A stretch of DNA of 64,000 bases from Legionellales bacterium UBA4759 (GTDB lineage: Bacteria; Pseudomonadota; Gammaproteobacteria; Legionellales; Legionellaceae), in NCBI GenBank assembly GCA_002403515.1, contig DHHZ01000127.1:24180-88179 (forward strand). The letters are read 5' to 3'. Made by a program: the position numbers and the translations under genes. Of this stretch, positions 41,554 through 50,519 are shown piece by piece; the stretch's first letter is position 1, and each line of letters begins with the position of its first letter. The notes under the pieces were generated by a model, which was given only the letters and a program-made list of their open reading frames with translations, ran no database searches and had not been told where the DNA came from.

Positions 41554-42912
41554 ATGATCAAAACAGAACTACAAAATAGCAGTTTTTCAGGTTTAAAGTC
41601 AATTGATTCCTGCCAAGAAATTCTTGAGCGAACAATTCAACTTTGTAAAAACCATGGTGCAACGGATGCTTCAGTCGATTTTAATCAAGACATTGGTTTT
41701 AGTGTTGATGTGCGACTTGGGGAAGTTGAGGCGGTGAGTTTTCATCAAAATCAAGGATTGAGTGTTGAGGTTTATATTGGGCAAAGCAAAGGACTTGCTT
41801 CTAGCACAGATTTGCGAGATGAATCGGTATTAAGAGCGGTTAAGATGGCATGTGACATGGCACAAGTCAGTGCCAAAGACCCATGTTATGGTCTAGTCAA
41901 AGCAGATAAAAACAAACACCATCAAAATTTGGATTTGTATCATCCATCCAGCTGGACAACTGATGAAGCCATTCTCAAAGCCATTTCACTTGAAAAATTG
42001 GCGATGGAACAAGATGTACGTATTACCAACTCAGAGGGTGCTAATGTTTCTTCATATCGATTCTTGAGCTCCTCGATGAATACCCAAGGTTTTCATGAAG
42101 TCCTGCATTCAACCAGACATTCCATGTCATGTGTGTTGATTGCCCAACAAAATCAAGAAATGCAAAGAGATTATGCTTTTACCACTGCTCGAGATACTCA
42201 AGATTTAGACAACATCGATGAAGTCGCAAAACTTGCAGCCTCACGGGTATGTTCTCGCTTAGGTGCTCAATCTATTCCAACACAAGAAGTCCCCGTTATT
42301 TTTAGTCAACGTGTCTCAACCACATTGATTGGGTATTTCATTAGTGCAATTAGCGGAAGTCAGTTATACCGAAAAAATTCATTTCTTTGTGATGCTATTG
42401 GCAAAAAAGTGTTTCCTGATTTTGTTAGCTTGCAGGAAAAACCATTTATTTTAAAAGGTTTAGGCAGCGGGTATTTTGATAGTGATGGTTTGGCAACTCG
42501 AGAAAATATTTTTGTTAAACACGGACAAATCAATAAATATGTATTGGGTGTCTATTCTGCAAGACGTTTAGGTCTAAAAAGTACAGCGAATGCTGATGGC
42601 GTGCATAATCTGCATGTAAGCCCCAATGCGAAGGATTTATCAGAACTGATGTGCCAGGTACCCAAATGTTTTGTAGTCACAGAATTAATGGGGCAGGGCG
42701 TTCAGTTGCTCACTGGAAATTATTCGCAAGGCGCAAGTGGATTTTGGGTTGAAAATGGCAAAATTGTACACGCGGTTGAAGGCGTGACTATTGCTGGTAA
42801 TCTTTTAGATATGTATCAAGATATTATCGCAATTGGAGCGGATAGTGATCATAATCGTTCGACACAATGTGGTAGTATTTTAATAAAGAATATGATGATA
42901 GCGGGTCACTAA
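41554..42912 (+). CDS. pmbA: Metalloprotease PmbA (TldE)
   Basis: 452 aa PmbA/TldD fold. C-terminal GxxxENG (GFWVENGKI) and ...IAG blocks. Confidence 0.9.
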   Translation: MIKTELQNSSFSGLKSIDSCQEILERTIQLCKNHGATDASVDFNQDIGFSVDVRLGEVEAVSFHQNQGLSVEVYIGQSKGLASSTDLRDESVLRAVKMACDMAQVSAKDPCYGLVKADKNKHHQNLDLYHPSSWTTDEAILKAISLEKLAMEQDVRITNSEGANVSSYRFLSSSMNTQGFHEVLHSTRHSMSCVLIAQQNQEMQRDYAFTTARDTQDLDNIDEVAKLAASRVCSRLGAQSIPTQEVPVIFSQRVSTTLIGYFISAISGSQLYRKNSFLCDAIGKKVFPDFVSLQEKPFILKGLGSGYFDSDGLATRENIFVKHGQINKYVLGVYSARRLGLKSTANADGVHNLHVSPNAKDLSELMCQVPKCFVVTELMGQGVQLLTGNYSQGASGFWVENGKIVHAVEGVTIAGNLLDMYQDIIAIGADSDHNRSTQCGSILIKNMMIAGH

Positions 42913-42920
42913 TAAATAGA

Positions 42921-42949
42921 AAATGGAGCGTCTCATCGATGCTCCATTT
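42921..42949. terminator. Hairpin between convergent pmbA and infA
   Basis: 9-bp stem aaatggagc / gctccattt. Confidence 0.5.
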
Positions 42950-42959
42950 CAAAAGATGT

Positions 42960-43181
42960 TTAGCCTTTGTCACGAAAAGTGATGCGAGCTTTACTGAGAT
43001 CGTAAGGTGTTAGCTCAACTTTTACTTTATCGCCAGTTAAAATACGAATGTAATTTTTACGCATGCGACCAGATATATGAGCAGTTACGATATGCCCATT
43101 TTCAAGTTCAACTCGAAACATGGTGTTTGGTAAGGTATCAATTACTGTACCAGACATTTCAATATGTTCTTCTTTAGCCAT
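42960..43181 (-). CDS. infA: Translation initiation factor IF-1
   Basis: [30 protein letters not shown]... is nearly invariant IF-1 sequence. Confidence 0.98.
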   Translation of the reverse strand: MAKEEHIEMSGTVIDTLPNTMFRVELENGHIVTAHISGRMRKNYIRILTGDKVKVELTPYDLSKARITFRDKG

Positions 43182-43266
43182 AAATATTCCAATACATACT
43201 CAAATAATTCATTTTTATCATGCCTTAAAAATTTTATAATGACAAGACTAGAAAATTTGAGTGAAT

Positions 43267-43300
43267 AAAAAAAACCCGAACTGGTTTAAGAGTTCGGGGG
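43267..43300 (-). terminator. Rho-independent terminator of rpsT
   Basis: On the minus strand: stem cccgaact / agttcggg followed by a T8 run. Confidence 0.8.
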
Positions 43301-43328
43301 GTACGGACTTAGAGCGACAAAAACATAA

Positions 43329-43595
43329 TTAAGCAGCTAAAGTTTTGATCTGAGCTGATAAACGGCTTTTGATTCTAGAAGCTTTATTTTTGTGAATAAT
43401 GCCTTTTTGAGCTGCTTTATCAATAACGGGTTGAGCTTTTTCAAAAGCTGTTTTAGCAGCTTCTGCTTGTTTAGCTTCGATTGCTTTTACAACATTTTTA
43501 ACAAAAGTGCGAAACATTGAACGTGCGCTTGCGTTGCGTTGACGCAACTTATCATTTTGGCGAGCACGTTTAATTGCTGATTTAATATTCGCCAC
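43329..43595 (-). CDS. rpsT: 30S ribosomal protein S20
   Basis: [14 protein letters not shown]... is the canonical S20 N-terminus. Confidence 0.97.
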   Translation of the reverse strand: MANIKSAIKRARQNDKLRQRNASARSMFRTFVKNVVKAIEAKQAEAAKTAFEKAQPVIDKAAQKGIIHKNKASRIKSRLSAQIKTLAA

Positions 43596-43748
43596 AACTA
43601 TACTCCAACAAAAAAAATCATAAAATTAAGTTTATCAATATGCCTGATTGATAATGAATTGTCAAGGTGTATGGTGAAAATCAATAAGATATTTTTTCAT
43701 TTTAAGTTAAATTGTTTTACAATCATTTTTTTGCTTTTAGGATTTAGG

Positions 43749-45314
43749 ATGAATGTTGCTCCTGTTGTTGAAAAGAAACAAAGTTTTTTACGTTCAACCA
43801 CATTGGTTTCGTTGATGACTTTCTTTTCCAGAATGTTTGGTTTTGTGCGTGATATGTTATTGGCTCAGATATTTGGAGCACAAGAAGGTATGGACGCTTT
43901 CTATTTAGCTTTTCGTATTCCAAATTTTATGCGACGTCTTTTTGCCGAGGGTGCATTTTCACAAGCGTTTGTCCCTGTTTTAGCAGAATATCAGCAAAAA
44001 AATAGTTTTCATGATGTTCGTATTTTTCTCGCTCGCATTTCTGGTTGTTTGGGCATGGTTTTGTTGTTGATAACCTTATTAGGAATGTTTGGTGCCCCAT
44101 GGATTGTAAAGATATTTGCACCAGGATTTAAAGCTGGCAGCTTACGTGCTGAGTGGGCTGGAAAAATGTTAGCCATTACTTTTCCTTATTTAATGTTTAT
44201 TTCTTTAACTGCGATGGCTGGCGCCACACTTAATACTTATGGCTATTTTGGTGTGCCAGCTTTTACGCCAGTCATTTTAAATCTTGTGATGATAGCCACC
44301 GCCATCTGGGGAAAAAATTATATTAGTCCACCAGTATTTGCCTTGGCTTGGGGGGTGATGATTGCTGGTGTCTTACAATTTGTTTTACAAATACCTTTTT
44401 TAATGCAGAAGAATTTACTCGTACGTCCTCAAATGGTGTGGCATGACCCAGGGGTTCGTAAAGTATTAAAATTAATGGTGCCGGCTTTATTTGGTGTATC
44501 TGTTGCACAAGTGAATCTCTTGGTTGATACGATGTTTGCGTCGTTTTTACCAGTGGGCAGTGTGACTTGGCTATATTACACCGATAGGTTAACTGATTTT
44601 CCACTGGGTGTATTTGGCGTTGCAATTGCCACGGTTATTTTGCCGCATTTAGCAAAAAAACATTCCGCCAATGATCACGCGCAGTTTTCTAAAACACTTG
44701 ATTGGGGTTTACGCATGATCTTATTGGTCGGTATTCCTGCAGGGATTGGTCTTATTGTTTTTGCTATGCCCTTGGTAGCAACCTGTTTTGGTTATGGGCA
44801 GTTTTTGGAAATTGATATTGTGCAAACACAAAAAAGTTTGATGACATTATCATTTGGTGTGCCGGCCTTTATGGTGATTAAGGTATTGGCTTCTGGTTTT
44901 TATTCAAAACAAAACATTAAAACCCCTGTAAAAGTTGGGGCAACAGCCATGTTGGTTAATTCCTTATTGTGTGCGGCATTAATAGTGCCTTTGAAACACG
45001 CAGGTTTAACTTTAGCTTCCAGTTTAGCCGGTTATTTTAATGCACTGACATTATTAATATTATTGTATCGACGTGATATTTACCGACCTGAGCAAGGTTG
45101 GGGAAAATTTTCATTTCAGGTTTTAGCAGCTAATTTGATGATGGGTGCTTATTTATTTTTAGTTAAAAATGACTTGTCTTATTGGTATCATTTAAAAGTA
45201 GCCAGTCGATTAGGTATTCTTATAGCGCATGTTTTTGTTGCGATGGTCATTTATGTTCTGACTTTATTAGCAACAGGTTTAAAATTAAAAGAGTTTCGTG
45301 GTTTAGGGAAATAA
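43749..45314 (+). CDS. murJ: Lipid II flippase MurJ (MviN)
   Basis: LMTFFSRMFGFVRDMLLAQIFG..DAFYLAFRIPNFMRRLFAEGAFSQAFVPVL. The ATG at 43749 is preferred; the ORF-track upstream extension lacks homology. Confidence 0.93.
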   Translation: MNVAPVVEKKQSFLRSTTLVSLMTFFSRMFGFVRDMLLAQIFGAQEGMDAFYLAFRIPNFMRRLFAEGAFSQAFVPVLAEYQQKNSFHDVRIFLARISGCLGMVLLLITLLGMFGAPWIVKIFAPGFKAGSLRAEWAGKMLAITFPYLMFISLTAMAGATLNTYGYFGVPAFTPVILNLVMIATAIWGKNYISPPVFALAWGVMIAGVLQFVLQIPFLMQKNLLVRPQMVWHDPGVRKVLKLMVPALFGVSVAQVNLLVDTMFASFLPVGSVTWLYYTDRLTDFPLGVFGVAIATVILPHLAKKHSANDHAQFSKTLDWGLRMILLVGIPAGIGLIVFAMPLVATCFGYGQFLEIDIVQTQKSLMTLSFGVPAFMVIKVLASGFYSKQNIKTPVKVGATAMLVNSLLCAALIVPLKHAGLTLASSLAGYFNALTLLILLYRRDIYRPEQGWGKFSFQVLAANLMMGAYLFLVKNDLSYWYHLKVASRLGILIAHVFVAMVIYVLTLLATGLKLKEFRGLGK

Positions 45315-45332
45315 GTTTCAGGAGAAGAGGGT

Positions 45333-46703
45333 ATGCAGGCCGAGAAGTTTTATCAAGAAGCAGTAAAAAAGGGTGTTTGTATTGAACTGGTGACCCAAGA
45401 AAATTGGTCATTGGTTTTTGAGAAATTGTCTCAAATAGAAAAAAACCAATTGTTGTGGCAAAATTTTAATGCCAATGTTGGAGAGATTTTTTTAGTCGTC
45501 AATTCTCAAGGTGATTTAAAAAAAGTTTTTCTTGGTGTGCAGGAAAAACGTTACTTTTTGGCTATTGCCAATGCTGCAAATAAACTTCCTGCCGGTCATT
45601 ATTATTTTAATCAAGAATTAAATTCCTACGATTTAATGGCGTGGGGCATGGCACAATATAAGTTTGCACGCTATAAGAAAATTGAAGCCCCCATCAAAGT
45701 ACTTAATCTAGATAAAAAATTATTTGCAAGGGTTATGCCATTGGTTGAAGCGATTTTTAAGGTTCGAGATTTAATCAATACGCCTGCTGAGGATATGGGG
45801 CCTGAGGACTTAAGCATGGTCCTAGAAAGTCTTGCCCAACGCTATCAGGGCCAGTTTTCAAGTATTATTGGTGATGATTTATTGGCGCAAAATTTTCCTG
45901 CAATATATACCGTTGGTCGAGCAGGGCACCAAGCGCCAAGGTTATTAAAAATGTCCTGGGGGCAAGCACATCATCCCAAAGTTACTCTAGTAGGTAAGGG
46001 TGTATGTTTTGATTCTGGTGGTTTGGATTTAAAACCAGCAAGTGCCATGCGTACCATGAAAAAAGATATGGGGGGTGCCGCTCAAGTGATTGGATTGGCT
46101 CAATTGATAATGCATTTTAATTTGCCAATATCATTACAAGTATTGATACCAGCTGTTGAAAATACCATCGATAGTTTCGCATATCGCCCTGGTGATGTGA
46201 TTCGCATGCGAAATGGTTTGCATGTTGAAATTGATAATACCGATGCCGAAGGCCGTTTGGTAATGGCTGATGCTTTATCTTATGCTTGCGAACAAGGCAC
46301 ACAACTGCTTTTGGATTATTCAACACTTACAGGCGCAGCCAGAACTGCTGTAGGTACAGAAATATCTGCTTTATTTTGTAATCAAGATGATATTGCACAG
46401 CAATTTGTGGGCTTGGGTATGCAATGTAATGACTTTATTTGGCAATTGCCTTTGTATGAGCCTTATCAGTCCATGTTAGATTCGAATGTCGCTGATATGA
46501 CAAACTCAACATCTTCACCTTATGCGGGCGCAATTACTGCGGCTTTATTTTTAAAACGATTCATTCACGATGAAGTCAGTTGGGGACATTTTGATTTAAT
46601 GGCATGGAATATCGGTTCAAAACCTGGCCGACCTGAAGGCGGTGAGGCGATGGGCATGATAGCAGTTTTCGAGTATTTCACCCGAACTTATAAAAAACAT
46701 TAA
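45333..46703 (+). CDS. M17 family leucyl aminopeptidase-like protein
   Basis: VGKGVCFDSGGLDLKP, MKKDMGGAA and NTDAEGRLVMADAL metal-ligand motifs. Confidence 0.9.
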   Translation: MQAEKFYQEAVKKGVCIELVTQENWSLVFEKLSQIEKNQLLWQNFNANVGEIFLVVNSQGDLKKVFLGVQEKRYFLAIANAANKLPAGHYYFNQELNSYDLMAWGMAQYKFARYKKIEAPIKVLNLDKKLFARVMPLVEAIFKVRDLINTPAEDMGPEDLSMVLESLAQRYQGQFSSIIGDDLLAQNFPAIYTVGRAGHQAPRLLKMSWGQAHHPKVTLVGKGVCFDSGGLDLKPASAMRTMKKDMGGAAQVIGLAQLIMHFNLPISLQVLIPAVENTIDSFAYRPGDVIRMRNGLHVEIDNTDAEGRLVMADALSYACEQGTQLLLDYSTLTGAARTAVGTEISALFCNQDDIAQQFVGLGMQCNDFIWQLPLYEPYQSMLDSNVADMTNSTSSPYAGAITAALFLKRFIHDEVSWGHFDLMAWNIGSKPGRPEGGEAMGMIAVFEYFTRTYKKH

Positions 46704-46717
46704 GGGTTTGCACAATA

Positions 46718-46743
46718 CAGTCAAAGCCTTCAGGCTTTGACTG
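46718..46743. terminator. Bidirectional hairpin after the aminopeptidase gene
   Basis: Perfect 11-bp stem cagtcaaagcc / ggctttgactg, loop ttca. Confidence 0.6.
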
Positions 46744-46754
46744 TGAATTGATAA

Positions 46755-47388
46755 TCATGTTTTGGGGCTGAGTTGCTTTGCCGAATAAAATATGATGGTC
46801 CATGAAATGGCCACCAACAGATGATATAAAGAGTTGTAATTTAAGCCCAGAATGGGAATGCTGATTTGTAAAAATTGCTGAATTGCTGAAATTGTATAAA
46901 GAATCCAACCCAAACAATAAATCCCCCAGAGCGTACGATATGTTTTTATCCATAAATAAATACTGATAAGAATTTGTCCTATCACCATCATTCCAAAAAA
47001 TAAACTTGCATATTTGAATATTGGATGTTGGGCTGTAAAAACCGTATAGACTCCATAGATAATTATACTTAAAAGTATTAGAGATTTTAGTTTAACCCAT
47101 GGTAGTAAATAATAAAAAAGGATGTTAAATCCAATTAAACTCACAACACCAACCAGCCAGCCAAAGGGTTAAAATCCAAAGCCAATCACTGTAAGGTGAT
47201 GGGATATATTCAGGAACAAATATATGATAAGCACCAGCAATTAGGCAACCTATTGCCGAGAAGATAAAATAATAAAACCATTATATATGGTAACGAGAAT
47301 TACGCTCATGCACAAAATAAGTGCTATAAAAGATACTTAAAACGGCAACTAACCAATCGGTTAAACCAACAAGATTATTGCCAACCAT
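46755..47388 (-). pseudogene. Probable decayed integral-membrane-protein gene (in-frame TAA plus a frameshift)
   Basis: There are three consecutive hydrophobic reading segments. 47388-47281 is ATG...RYHI followed by TAA. 47280-47125 is in the same frame and starts directly after that TAA. 47168-46755 is in another frame and overlaps the previous segment by 44 nt. Confidence 0.45.
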
Positions 47389-47431
47389 ATACAATTTCCT
47401 TAAGGTATTAAACTACACATTAATTTATCTA

Positions 47432-48559
47432 TTAAAACCACTTTTGTTTAAAATCACGATAATCAAAAGTTTTGACCAGATTTAAAGACTTGTTTTGGTC
47501 GCGAGTGTATATAGTGGGCAGGTTTATACCATTGAACATATGTGCTTTAACCAATGAATAACTGCCACATTTTGTAAATGTTAAGATATCGCCTACTTTT
47601 AATGGCTTATCAAAATGATATAAACCAAATTGATCTCCCGCAAGACAGGTTGTTCCTGCAATTTTATAAACATATTTGCCATTTTGGACTTCTTCTAATA
47701 TTTCATTTTTAAGCTGGTACTCAAAAACTTCTGGTAAGTGATTGACTGAACCATCAACAATAGCAATATTGACATTATCAGATGTGAAAATATCGAGAAC
47801 AGAAACTTTATAACAACCCGCGTTTCTTGATACAGCAGATCCAGGCTCTAAATAAACATCAAGAGTGTATTTTTTTTTCAAAAAAGAAATTGTTTGATAG
47901 AGTTTATCAAAATTAGCATTTTGGGAGAATAAATAACCACCGCCAAGATTTATGGAAGAAATTTTTTCTAAAATATACGGGATTTTTTTATCTAAAATTG
48001 TCACAGTTTGCCACAAAATATCATAATTATCAGAATCAGCATTTGTATGAAAGTGAAGGCAATCTAATAAGCTTAAGTCTAGATTTTTATCCAGTGATGC
48101 AATCGGTACGCCAAGTTTAGAGGAGTGACAGCAAGGGTTATATCTAATTTCATCAACACATGATAGGCCAGGATTAATTCTTAAACCACATTTGAAATCA
48201 TAAGTTTTTTTCAAATGACTGTATTTTTGGTATAAGTTTATAGAATTAAAATAAATGTGTGAGCATAAACGCATGATATCGATACTATCAGAATCTAAAA
48301 TACCTGGCGTAGTCAAATGAATTTCACAATTTTTGCCAGCCACATCTCTAATCAATTGGGTTTCGAATAATGAACTCGAGGAAAAACCACTAAGAATCTC
48401 TGAAGCCAATTGGATTATTCTAATCAAACTGCATGATTTAATTGCATATAAAATTTTAGATTCAGTTTCAATTTGAATATTTTTAAGTCGCATTAAAGAA
48501 TCATAAACAACTTGCTCGTCATAAATAAACGCAGGTGTTTGAATAGTGTTACTTTTCAT
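47432..48559 (-). CDS. nspC: Carboxynorspermidine/carboxyspermidine decarboxylase
   Basis: 375 aa. N-terminus TPAFIYDEQVV...ILYAIKSCS and a C-terminal GTTCLAGD block typical of CANSDC. Confidence 0.8.
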   Translation of the reverse strand: MKSNTIQTPAFIYDEQVVYDSLMRLKNIQIETESKILYAIKSCSLIRIIQLASEILSGFSSSSLFETQLIRDVAGKNCEIHLTTPGILDSDSIDIMRLCSHIYFNSINLYQKYSHLKKTYDFKCGLRINPGLSCVDEIRYNPCCHSSKLGVPIASLDKNLDLSLLDCLHFHTNADSDNYDILWQTVTILDKKIPYILEKISSINLGGGYLFSQNANFDKLYQTISFLKKKYTLDVYLEPGSAVSRNAGCYKVSVLDIFTSDNVNIAIVDGSVNHLPEVFEYQLKNEILEEVQNGKYVYKIAGTTCLAGDQFGLYHFDKPLKVGDILTFTKCGSYSLVKAHMFNGINLPTIYTRDQNKSLNLVKTFDYRDFKQKWF

Positions 48560-48749
48560 TCATCAAATTCCTTTTCAATGCATCCGTATGTATTTAAATA
48601 TAATATATGTTTTTGCAAAAAAAAAACATAATTAATAAATTCAGGACAAGAATATTGACGAGCTTAAGCGTTTACGCTAACAAAAAGAAGTCATTACTTG
48701 GAAATAGGTTGGAAGCGTCTAAAGAACTCTTCAGACGCAGATATCGAAA

Positions 48750-50450
48750 TTAGTTTTTTTTCAATTTTTGGATAAGTTCATCAATGGGAAGATGCACAAC
48801 CTCGCCAGTTGCTCGGTTTTTGTATTCAATCGTGCCTTCTTGTAAGGTTTTTTCCCCGATGACCAATCGATGCGGAATACCAATGAGGTCATGATCAGCA
48901 AACAATACGCCAGCACGTTCTTTTCTATCATCAACTAAAGCATCTAAATGATGATTTTTAAGCTGCTCGTAGACTGTTTCTGTCAATTCAGCAATTGCTT
49001 CTGGATTTTTACCGCCCATGGGAATGATTACTACATCAAATGGTGCAATTGCTTGTGGCCAAATGATTCCGCGATCATCATAATGTTGTTCAATTGCTGC
49101 AGCCACCAGTCGACTAACACCTAATCCATAACAACCCATGAATGGCACTTGTGGTTTTCCATTTTCATCCAATACGGTTAATTTCATGGCTTCACTGTAT
49201 TTTTTGCCCAACTGGAATACGTGACCGACTTCGATGCCACGACAAGCCATGAGTTTTCCATGACCATCAGGACTGATATCACCTTCTTTGACCATGCGTA
49301 AATCAAATAATTCCGGGTTTTTCAACATGTCCCAGTTAGCAAAGTTCAAATGGTAGTCTTTTTGATTTGCACCACAGGCAAACCATGCCAACGAATAAGC
49401 AAATTCATCAACAATCACAGGTATCGATAAATCGATAGGACCTAAGTAGCCAGATGGCAATTGGTGTTTTTCAATCAACTCATCTTCAGGTATTAAGCGA
49501 AGAGGTGTTTTTATCCAAGGATGTTTAATCGCTTTGATTTCATTGAGTTCATCGTCACCTTTTAAGACCAAGGCCACCAAAGGATGCTCATCATTTCCCT
49601 CAACAATGAGGGTTTTTAATAAACGATGGGCAGGTAGATTTAGTTTTGCAGAAACTTGTGCAATGGTTTTATCCCCTGGGGTGTGTGTTTTTTCACATGC
49701 ATGCAAACTTTTTTCAAGTTCTTTGGCGGGCACTTTTGCTTTTGCAAGCTCGACATTAGCAGCATAAGTTCCTGAATCACTGTAAAAAATAATATCTTCA
49801 CCAGCATCTGCCAATACTTGGAATTCATGTGATACGGCGCCACCAATTGCACCTGTATCTGCTTCAACAGGTCTAAAATTCAAGCCCATGCGAGTCAGTA
49901 CTCGGCCATAAGCTGCATACATTTTTTGATAAGTATTTTCAAGACATTCTGGTTTTAAATGAAATGAATAGGCATCTTTCATCAAAAATTCTCGAGCACG
50001 CATGACACCAAATCGCGGGCGAATTTCATCACGAAACTTGGTTTGAATTTGATACAAATTCAAAGGAAGTTGCTTGTAGGACTTAAGTTCTTTTCTAAGC
50101 AAATCGGTAATGACTTCTTCGTGCGTTGGGCCAAAGCAATACGCTCTGTTTTGAGAATCATACATTTTTAAAAGTTGATTGCCAAAGGTTTCCCAACGAC
50201 CAGTTTCTTCCCATAGCTCTGCTGGCTGAACGGCAGGCATTAAAACTTCTAATGAACCTGCTTTGTGCATTTCTTCACGAATAATGGTTTCAATTTTTCT
50301 TAAAATCTTCAGTCCCATAGGCATCCAAGTATAAAGGCCAGAACCCAGTTTTCGAATGAGGCCAGCCCTTAACATTAATCGATGTGATGCAAGTTCAGCA
50401 TCATTAGGATTTTCTTTTAAGGTGGAAATGAACCACTGTGAAGCATGCAT
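48750..50450 (-). CDS. proS: Prolyl-tRNA synthetase (bacterial type with INS editing domain)
   Basis: MHASQWFISTLKENP..AELASHRLMLRAGLIRKL, class II motifs FRDEIRPRFGVMRAREF and GCYGLGVSR. Confidence 0.96.
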   Translation of the reverse strand: MHASQWFISTLKENPNDAELASHRLMLRAGLIRKLGSGLYTWMPMGLKILRKIETIIREEMHKAGSLEVLMPAVQPAELWEETGRWETFGNQLLKMYDSQNRAYCFGPTHEEVITDLLRKELKSYKQLPLNLYQIQTKFRDEIRPRFGVMRAREFLMKDAYSFHLKPECLENTYQKMYAAYGRVLTRMGLNFRPVEADTGAIGGAVSHEFQVLADAGEDIIFYSDSGTYAANVELAKAKVPAKELEKSLHACEKTHTPGDKTIAQVSAKLNLPAHRLLKTLIVEGNDEHPLVALVLKGDDELNEIKAIKHPWIKTPLRLIPEDELIEKHQLPSGYLGPIDLSIPVIVDEFAYSLAWFACGANQKDYHLNFANWDMLKNPELFDLRMVKEGDISPDGHGKLMACRGIEVGHVFQLGKKYSEAMKLTVLDENGKPQVPFMGCYGLGVSRLVAAAIEQHYDDRGIIWPQAIAPFDVVIIPMGGKNPEAIAELTETVYEQLKNHHLDALVDDRKERAGVLFADHDLIGIPHRLVIGEKTLQEGTIEYKNRATGEVVHLPIDELIQKLKKN

Positions 50451-50519
50451 AAATTAATTCCAAAGTTTTAAAAAAACCAATTATAGCTTAATTAAATGGC
50501 TATAGTAAGTCTTGGGAAT

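Noticed and set aside
46678..46953. The 91-aa ORF on the minus strand overlapping the 129-aa membrane ORF.
   Set aside because: It is an alternative frame of the hydrophobic ORF and runs across the 46718-46743 terminator hairpin. It has no start context.
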